A stretch of 64,000 bases of DNA from positions 372,001 through 436,000 of the forward strand of contig NW_021824954.1 of the NCBI RefSeq assembly GCF_006345805.1, read 5' to 3'. A model generated the notes under the pieces. The model was not told the DNA's origin and searched no databases. It worked only from the letters and a program-made list of their open reading frames with translations. Positions 54,068-64,000 of the stretch are shown in pieces (the first letter of the stretch is position 1; each line of letters begins with the position of its first letter). The position numbers and the translations under genes are program-made. The stretch comes from Octopus sinensis (Eukaryota).

Positions 54068-55267
54068 CGGTGTACTGGATATAGTAAAAGTGAACATGAA
54101 CACGTACAAAAATAAATAGAAAACAATAAAATTATATTGGGGAGAATTTGCACTGTTTTAAAATATAAGTCAAATAGGCCAAGGCCATACTCTACGCAAC
54201 TCGTTTTCAGTTCAATGCCACATTTTCCTCAATGCACTTCTATCACATTTTTTTCCCATGTCACACATATTCAACCTAATCACCACTCAATAAAATAATA
54301 ATTCACACAGTAAAAGTTATTACAGAAGAACGCTTTCACTGCAAATACGCAAAACACTAAAATAACACAAGAAACAACAAAACTAAATCACACGATGAAA
54401 AAATATAGAAGTAACTCACACATACAAGCATACGCCTAATCTCAATAATTTTGCATACTTTTAAAGAATAAAAAAAAAAGTATTATAGGAATAAAAAGGT
54501 ATTTGGATATGATGTAAACGCTCGAATGAATTGTTGAAAAGTAATAAGAATAAAAAAGGATTGAGAAAGAAGTTGCAGGAATGTGGAGGATGAATGTGGA
54601 GGATGAAAAGTAATAGGGATTCCTTACACGGTCAAGAAGAAATTCAAATAATCTTTGGAGAAGATCGGAATTGAAATTCGAATATGTCTATTGCAGAAAA
54701 AAAACATTATTAGTAACGATAAAGATCCTGACGAAGATGCCCAATGATTGAGTCAATGAAAGAACTTTTTAAAGGATCCTCAGTTACAGTTTATGACTCC
54801 TTACTTGACTTGTAAAATGACAAAATGCCTGTCTGCGAATAATCCTTGCTACTCTACGAACAAGGCCTGCAATTTTATGGGACGAGAGCCAGTAAATTTT
54901 ATCATCCTAAGTGCTTGATTGGTGCTTATTTTATCGATCCTGAAAGGATAAAAGAAGTCGACCTTGGTGGAATTTGAACTCAGAAAGTAAAACCAGGAGA
55001 AATGCTGCAGAATATTTTGTCCAGCGCGGTAACGATTCTGCCAGCTCGCTACTTTTTGTCTGTTATAATAATAGTAAATTCCTGATTTTCGCACAAGGCC
55101 AACAATTTAATGGGGAAAGATTTAGTAAGTTTCACGCATCTCAATACTTCATTGGTACATTTTATCGACACCAGAAAGATGAAAGGCAAAGCTGACCTTA
55201 GTAGGAATTGAACTCAAAAAGCAGAATGCCGTAACAAATAATGATTCTCGAAGCTCAATGCATTCAT

Positions 55268-55994
<727 letters not shown>

Positions 55995-55998
55995 TAAT

Positions 55999-56033
<35 letters not shown>

Positions 56034-56154
56034 GGTAAGATCTAGAGAAAATTGAGCAATGGTTAAGAGGAAACTGTGAAAATGGGAAAAAGACCGACCG
56101 AGAAAATTTTCTGATGCATAGCATGAAAGAGAGGAAAACCACATTGTACTCAAG

Positions 56155-56760
56155 TAATGTATTCCTCGGAGAAGTTAATATTTAAAAGGGGAATCTTCCA
56201 AGGCGATTCGTTTTCACCGATACTTTTTGTAATTGCACTAATACCCATAACAATGACACTTAGGAAAGTTAAGATGGGTTACCGATGTGGGAAGAAAGGC
56301 CCATCACTGAACTATATTCTGTTTATGGATGACCTGAAATTGTTTGGGAAATCTGAAAAACAGATAGTTTCCTTAACCAAAACAGTCCAGAAGAGTGGTA
56401 GGGACATCGGTATGGAATTTGAGATTACCAACTGATCAATACTTAATATGAAAAGAGGGAAGAAAGTAGCCTGCAGAGGATTGCGGTTACCATCAGGAGA
56501 AACCATGGGTGAACCTGACGATAGTGGGTATAGCTATTTAGGGATTTTGGAGCTGGATAATATTCTACACAGGTAAATGAAAGTCAGGGTTAGCGAGGTG
56601 TATAAAAAAATATCAAGATGGTGTTAAAATCCAACCTGAATGCTAAAAATTTGATTACCGCAATGAATATCTGGACAGTTGAGGTGGTCAGATATAGTGC
56701 GTCCATCCTCAAATGGACTAAGGAGGAAATATCATCACTGGATAGAGAGTTGATGAGATC
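56155..56760 (+). mobile_element. R4/Dong-like RT fragment
   Basis: RGIFQGDSFSPILF...LFMDDLKLFGK...YLGILE...NLITAMNIWTVEVVRYS. Confidence 0.8.
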
Positions 56761-57740
56761 AATCTTGCATGGGATTTCCAGTTGCCTTAAGAAGTTTTGA
56801 AGTTTCAATGGGACTGAGCCCAGCGCTCCGATCACCACTGGTATTACTTATCCTCCTGCATTCCACACAGCCTTGCCATTTCTACTTTCAATTCGGAGTA
56901 CTTGGTGATTATTTCAACCTCTTTACTCACAACATTCATGTCATTTGGTATGGCTACATCAATCATCCGACAGTATTTGTCTCATTCAATATGACAATAT
57001 CCAGCCGATGGTGTTCGGTTACACGATCCGTCTGAAAATAAGACTCCCAGAGTATCATTAGTTTTCCATCCTCCTGCATAACTGTACTTGGTACATGCTC
57101 ATACTAGTTTTCTGTTAGTATTTACGGCATAAGAGCCAATGAAGATACACATACACTTTATCGTAGCGGTGCTTGTATTCTTTTTGTGCAAGACTCTCGC
57201 ATATAATTACCAAGTGGGTCACATTTTCCACACTCTTTCCACAGAATCTGCATTTCTGGGTGTCAGTAGTTTTATAGATGTTATACTTCATTAAATTGGT
57301 AGCCAGAACTGGGTCTTGTGCAGCAATGATCAGGCTTTCAGTGGTATACTTAAAATCATCTCGTTCAAGCTATGCCCACGATGCTGTATTATCCTTAACA
57401 TACTGTGTGTTCCTTTCAAACTGTCTATGCATTCTCATTTCAAGATCTTCTTTTCTCTTCTCCTCAGCTCTTTGGTTAAACTCTTCCTTGCCCACCATTT
57501 CATCTGCATTTACACCCATAATGCATAATGCAGCAGGTCTTCATCACTATTTATCAAATGGTAGGCAATCCTTCTCCTTTCATACAATGGTCTATACTAA
57601 TTAGTCCTCTGCCACCATTCTTTCTTTTTGAACTACTCTTGCCTGGTCACAATTCCTTTCTCTGTAGATTCAAAAAGCTCGCTCCTTTTCCATTTACTAT
57701 ACATTCTCTGTCGATAACCCCCTTGCTAGGACTTCATTTT
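56761..57740 (-). mobile_element. R4/Dong-like C-terminal fragment, opposite orientation
   Basis: Minus strand KEGGRGLISIDHC near 57640 through VIGALGSVPLKLQNFLRQLEIPCKID. Confidence 0.75.
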
Positions 57741-58129
57741 CACTTACTGGGTTGCTAAAATTAATAGCAGCATCCCATGATAACAGCGTTTACCTGATTG
57801 ATCCACTTCTGCCTCATGGATAGCAATCGCTAGATTACGACCAGGTCAACCATGCTGTACAATGAGGTTCCTGTCGGGCGAGGCACCCCCACCTCTGGTT
57901 CCAGTCCTATTTTCGCTGTTATTTGAATCATCATTTTGCATCATTTCATTAATGAGAATTTTAAGGATTTTCCTTCCCACGAGTACTTTTTTCGTGATAC
58001 CATCACTTGTAGGGCCACATATCAAAGCTAAAAATCCACTCCTGGCCATGAAACACGGCTTAAACCCCGCCGGACTTGAGCTCGATATTTCTTGGCCAAT
58101 GGGTGACTATTATTATTAATAGGGTATTT

Positions 58130-60950
58130 GAGTTAGTAAAGTCTCAATATACAGAATGTGTGTGATTCAAAATGGCGGATTAGTGGAAATAGAACTAAGA
58201 AAATGAAAGCTAAAATATTTTAGCACAAGAAAACAAACAACATTCCCAAAACCAGTAGGCTTATCAACGTTGCCAGTAGAGTCGTTGAGGAAAACTTGGG
58301 ATTGAAAGTCAATGAACAATCAAATAGTACGAAAAATACACAAAAGAAGACCTATGATGGAAATGAAGAATATTGGAAAATATACAAAAGTTTGTTGGTG
58401 ATGCATCGGTATTGGAAAGAAAGAGAGGTGTGCTTAGGAATGACACACTAAAGAAAACATAGTTTTGACAGAAAAGGGATTTAAGGAAAACAGTGAATTT
58501 TGGCAGAGATGAAAAATAACAAGATATGATCAAAGTGTGAAGTAGTATAGGCAAAACAGATTATTCCAAAAAGTATTTAGGGAGAAACAAACACGGAAAT
58601 GTTATACCAGAAACAGAAGAATGCCGTGTCTTTTGCAGTGAGATATGGCGTAAGGAAGAGGAGCATAATACTCAGAAGATTGAGTAGCTATAAAAGCTGA
58701 AGAAATCGAACAACATGAAGAAATTAGAACCGAAAAAGAAAGTGAGTGACAAGTAGAAAAATGCGCAATTGTAGAGAAGCCGGAGCTGATAGTGTTCAAA
58801 GGTATTGAATAACGTTGACATTATTCCTTAAAAGAATAGCAGAACAGTTTGATGCACTGATCAGCAGAAATGAAAAAATTCCTAAGTGTATAACTATTAG
58901 ACAAATTGTAGTGTATTTGAAAGATGCTTGAAAAAGGAACGCTGTAGATAATTAGTGATCCATATACCTTTCATTGACATGAAAGCTGCTCACTGGAATA
59001 ATTGCCAAGGAAATATATACATTACATTTCTTGACATCGAAATGCTAACTGTTGAGCAGAAGGGCTCAACAGAATTGCAGGGAAACTAGATTAGCTACTC
59101 ATAGATAAAATAGTGATGAAAGATAGTGACAAAATACAAATTTAACAATGGCCTGGATAGATTACTACAAGGTCTATGACATGATGCCACATTAATGGCT
59201 CACTGAATGTTTGAACATGCTTGGGATTGCAAAGAATGTTAAGAATTTTCTGAGAAAAGGTGTAGAAAGTTAGAAGACTGCTCACATCTTATGAACAGTA
59301 TCTCGGAACATTAAGAATCAAGGGAGGAATATTTCTAGGAGACAGTGTATCTCCTTTGATATTTGTTTTACACACAATTTTTTTAACATTTCTACTGAGA
59401 AAAGTAACATATAGATATGAGTTTAAAGGAAAACAACAAAAGATCAACCATCTATTATTTATGGCTGATTGCAAGCTGAATGTAAAGATGAATACGGCAA
59501 AGATGAAGCTCAAGTCAGTTCTTCAGTGAACACAGTTTATTGCTTTAGCAAAAATATCAAACTGGAATTAGGACTACAAAAATGTGGAGTAATATTCCTA
59601 AGTATAAAAGTATTAGAATTACCTTCAGGAGAAACCACGGAAAGCATTTATGGTACTGGGTGTAAATATGTAGGCATATTGGAGGTACGTGACGAAAAAC
59701 TGAAAAGTTTTACGCGAGAGCATCTCCGAAAACTTAGTTTCGTGTCGCGGTTAAAACTGAATGAAACAAATAAGTTTCAAGCAATCAACACATGAGCGCT
59801 TGGATTATTGAGTGCGGTACTGGTATTGTCTATTGGAAACAAGAGGACTTACTGAGGTTACACTGAAAACACGAAAACTACTCAATGCAAGGAGCATGCT
59901 ATCTCAAGAGCGATATTGACAGGTTGTATCTAACCAGGCACAAAGGGAGACGAGGGCTTATCAGCTGTGAAAGTTGTATATACTCAGAAGAAAATACCAT
60001 GGGGTGCTATATAAATAAAACATTTGCTGGTTCAGGTGAGAATATTTGGTATAGTAAGGATACGTACGTGGAGACACAGGAAACAAAAGAAAAAATAGTA
60101 AGGAAAACAAAAGAAAATAGAATGGGGAAAAGAATGCACGCACAACTTTTGAGTCAAGTAAACAGATATACAGACGCCGGCGGAAAATGGCACTAGCTGA
60201 GGAAGAATGCCTACAAACTAAAGACAGAATTGCTTATTTGTGCAGTTCAGGAACAAGCACTTAGGACATATTACACCAAATGTAGGATTGACACTACAGC
60301 AGAAAGTGACAAGTGCAGGTTGCGCACTGATAAAGGTAAGATTGTATAGCATACTGTGAATGAATGCACAAAGCTGACCCAAAAAGAATACAAAAGAAGA
60401 CAGACACAATAATGTCACATGAATGACTCATTGGACGCTGTCCCAGACGTGGGTTGGGTAAACCCCAGAAGGAGTAATTAAGAATGACAAAGTAAAGATA
60501 CTGTGGAATGTAATGATCATAAAATTGGACAACAAAAGCCAAATATAGTGGTTATGAATAAAGAGAGAAAGACCGGTTTAATCATAGATTTGGCATTCCA
60601 TGGTGAAACCAGAACATCGGAAAGGGAAGAATAGAAGCACGTCAGATATTATGATTTGAAGATGGCAATAGAAAAAAAAAAGAAGAAAACTGAGCCCGTC
60701 AATAGAAGGTGAGTGTTATATTCTTGTTGTTGTCCGAGCTCTCGGAACTATAATCCATAAACTGGATTGGAAAGATACGAGTAAGTGTGAAGGACATCTA
60801 CAGGAAACTGTTGTTTGGAACTGTTCGAATCCTCCGTCGGGTTCTCTAAATATTAATGACGAGTGTTTATCATAGATCACTGGTTGTGGACGGCTGACAC
60901 TTTGTTATGTTCCTTTGTGAAGTTGCTGTGTTAAACAGCAGCAACAATAA
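58130..60950 (+). mobile_element. Long, heavily decayed R4/Dong-like retrotransposon
   Basis: GIFLGDSVSPLIF, INHLLFMAD, SDIDRLYLTRHKGRRGL, ICAVQEQALRT, LIIDLAF, GTVRILRRVL*. Confidence 0.75.
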
Positions 60951-60959
60951 TCGATCTAC

Positions 60960-61210
60960 CCTTGTCCTCCTACTATTCTTTGGCGTAGCGTCCTGTTCAT
61001 AGGAGTATAGTCCTCAGGCAGCTCCTCTATAGGGTCCTATCAGAAACAACTGGCATTACACTTTCCAGTAGGATTTCTAAGCAGGACCAAGTGAATCTCT
61101 GGATGTTATCCAACCATTTATCTTTGGTCTACCTCTGGGTCTCCTGCCGGTTGGTTCGGTTTGGAGACTCCGCCTTGCAATTCGTCCCTGCCACATGAAC
61201 TGTGACTCAA
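60960..61210 (-). mobile_element. RTE-like LINE 3' end
   Basis: Minus strand GRRPRGRPK, typical of RTE ORF C-termini. Confidence 0.5.
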
Positions 61211-61559
61211 TAATGATGATGATTCTTTTTCCTAAATCTGGCACAGTGCCAGCAATTTTGAGGTAAATGGGTAAGTTGATTATATCTGCCTTAGTACTCG
61301 ACTGGTACTTTTTATCCACTCTGAAAGGGTGAAAGGTAAAGTCAACCTCGGCAGAATTTGAACCGAAAACGTAAAGACGGATGAAATGCTGCGAAGCATA
61401 AGGTCCGGCGTGCTAGCGATTTTGATACATTTCTTCGGGCATCTAGGAACGTTCCTGGGAACGTCTCTCCCAGTACTAAAGTTAGTTATGAGGTCAATGT
61501 AATCCGCTAGTCCTCTCCTCCCAAATTTCAGGCGTTGTGCATAAAGTAGAAAAGATTAT

Positions 61560-62037
61560 TATTACTATTTCTTCGTAACACAGTGTAGGTAAAAATGCAC
61601 CGGAGTCTTTAGTTATCTGTCACGTTATAACAAGAATCTCGGATACATAATACTTTCCTTAAGATGTGCGCTGTGCCCAATAAGGCTGCTTTTTGCAAGA
61701 CGTCAATCTTGCATGGGATTTCCAGTTGCCTTAAGAAGTCTTGAAGTTTCAATGGGTTGAGCCCAATGCTCCGATCACCATTACGTTCTCACTTTTACAT
61801 TACCTTCTCGCGTTCCACACAGTCTTGCTATTTCCACTTTCAATTGGGAGTACTTGATTTTTTCAACCTCTTTACTCACAACATTTATGCTATTTGGTTA
61901 TGGCTATATCAAGGATTTGTCTCTCTTATTCAATATGACAATATCCGACCGACGGTGTTCGATTACACGATCTGTCTGAAAATCATAGTCCCTCTGTTAG
62001 TATTTACGGCATAAGGACCAATGAAGCTACACACTTC
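61560..62037 (-). mobile_element. R4/Dong-like 3' fragment (close relative of 56761-57140)
   Basis: IPCKIDVLQKAALLGTAHILRKVL; long stretches of nucleotide near-identity to the 56.8 kb copy. Confidence 0.75.
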
Positions 62038-62071
62038 TATTCTTCTTCTTCTTCTTCTTCTTCTTCTTCTT

Positions 62072-64000
62072 GGAGTTTAGCAAAAGGTTAGCAATAGAAA
62101 GAAACAGATTGGAGGAAGTACTAGTTTGCAAACTAGAAGAGGCGATTAGTAAAGGCATCGCAACTGACGTGTTAGCGGCGAGAATGGTTCTGACCATTTG
62201 TTTGAGGCGAAACACGAAGGTTGCGTTGTCAGAGCTAAGGCCCGTGCGCTAAATCATAAAGGAACTAAAACCGTCCGATGGGCTCAAACGGTGGAGATGC
62301 CACGTGACAACAAAACTACGATCGGGTCTTTGACGGATCGGAACGGGCGCGTGCTACATGGTTCTGTGCAGATGTGTGCGGCTTTTCAGCAGCACTTCGC
62401 ACAACTGTTTGGTGGGGGCGATGGGTCAACGACACCTAGATGGTCTCCTGCCATATCGGCAGCGGACGCGAAGTTCTGCGAAAGGTCGATAACGGCTACT
62501 GAAATATGAGAGGCGATGAGTGATCGCATAAGTTGCAAATCGACAGGTTTAGATGGTCTTCCCTATGAATTCTAAGTATTCATGCCAAATTTGTTTGGCG
62601 ACCTCTTGGCAGACGTTTACTGCAACTGGTAACAGAACAGGAGAATTCCCAGTGCTGTTAGTTGGGATGTGGTGACACTGATGAAGAAGGACACCGACAG
62701 GGGATATATTAGGGAATTTTCGGCCCATAACTTTGATAAATACAGAGTTTAAGATTTTGGTCAAGGTGTTAACGAAAAGGTTGGCGCTTGTCGCTGGTAG
62801 TCTAGTAGGGGAAGCACAAACGTGCATAATCCCAAATAGGTCTATCCACGACAGCCTCCTCCTTATGCGATACATCATAGGGAGGGCTGGAAGTAAAGCT
62901 GGCTTCGGTGGGACACTGATCTGTTTAGATCAATCAAAAGCATTCGATAGGGTCGATCATCGCTACATGGAAGCTGTCCTTAAAATGGCCAGCTTCGGAT
63001 CCGTTTTCAGGAGCTGGATCACTGCAATGCGCAGCGGCACCCATTCGGTGGTCAAATAAATGGCCATCTATCAGAACCGTTTAGCATCACACGCTCGATC
63101 CGCCAGGGCTTCCCACTATCTCCTCTTCTGTACGTGCTAATTCTCAAATCACTGCTGCGGAAGTTGGAACAAGTGAGGGGCATCCTTTTCGAACTGGGAT
63201 TCGGAAGGGCAGTGCCTGCGTATGCAGACGACGTCACCGTCATGGTGTCGGACGCCTCCAAAGTGGACACGGTCGACTCCATTCTAGAAGAATATGAGTC
63301 GGTTGCAAGGGCTAAAAACAATGCCGAGCAGTCGGTGGGATTGCGACTGGGTACCTGGAAAGGCAGGTCGATGCCGTCAGACGACGTCATTGGACGCTGG
63401 ACTGATGGACCAGTTAAACTGTTCGGGGTCTAGTTTGGTCCCAACCTCCAAGTAGATAAAAACTGGGACAAGGTGACAAACAGGGTGGCCAGTCCTTCCC
63501 AGAAATGGCCTGAAAGAAAGCTGTCTTTGAAAGGTCGAGCAGAAATGGCGAATGCCTACATCGTCTCCGTTATCATTTATCGTCTAACCGTCGTGCCTTT
63601 CCCAATTACTGTTTAATCAAATTGGAGTGTTTCTTGTTCATGTTCTTGTGGAAGGGACGCCTTCAGATCGTCAGGCGGTCAATCTGCTGTCAGCTCCCTC
63701 TGATTAGCGGCTTAGACATGCCGTAGCTTTTGATGTGCAGACTTGTGTTCAGGTTAGCCACCTGCAACGATTTCTAGAAAGTGAACGCGTGTACGCTCCG
63801 TTTGTGAGGCACGTATTTCCGCAACTCGTCTCTTTGACGGAGCTTGTAGTGTTGGGTGAAGGATAGACCAAGACTGAGCGCCTAGCACTTAGAATGTGCC
63901 AGGCACTCACAGTCCTCTACCAGCTGGGCAATAGGATCGGTGGATGTTCCACTTTAGCTATTTATTGAGGATTAGTGGCGGGAAAGTGCGACGACATCCT
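62072..64000 (+). mobile_element. 5'-truncated degenerate Tx1/L1-like LINE ORF2, continuing beyond the window
   Basis: KSTGLDGLPYEF, INTEFKILVKVL, LDQSKAFDRVDH, AYADDVT. Preceded by (TTC)n. Confidence 0.85.

Noticed and set aside
54720-54780. CTGACGA...GAAA hammerhead-like string
   Set aside because: Stem I and helix III cannot be paired around a valid NUH site.
56155-57740. Twin-priming 5' inversion
   Set aside because: The segments are convergent, whereas twin priming yields divergent segments.

Overview
Gene-poor, repeat-saturated nuclear DNA of an octopus. The embedded cox1 looks like the Octopus vulgaris/sinensis complex; that is from recall and needs BLAST. I found no host protein-coding exon. 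The main feature is a ~7.6 kb NUMT (~39911-47520), about half a mitogenome, in native gene order. It runs: atp6 (3'-truncated), atp8, trnD, cox2, cox1, nad2, trnS1, nad3, trnI-N-R-A-K and cox3 on the minus strand, then the control region, then trnE-G-Q-W-Y-C-M and a 3'-truncated 12S rRNA on the plus strand. All seven complete protein genes have lengths divisible by 3 and proper start/stop codons under the invertebrate mitochondrial code. The rest of the window is Tc1/mariner relics, Tx1/L1-like, RTE and R4/Dong non-LTR retrotransposons, a Penelope GIY-YIG fragment, Helitron-like non-autonomous elements, several tRNA-derived SINE families, MITE-like inverted repeats and many microsatellites. 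Reading the DNA directly also showed two well-formed type I hammerhead ribozyme motifs with palindromic helix III (9841-9931 minus; 25569-25647 plus) and one decayed motif. It also showed a foldback duplication of a mariner end that includes its flanking DNA, and Dong elements nested in each other's (TAA)n tails. NUMT gene and ribozyme coordinates were counted by hand; other repeat boundaries are approximate.
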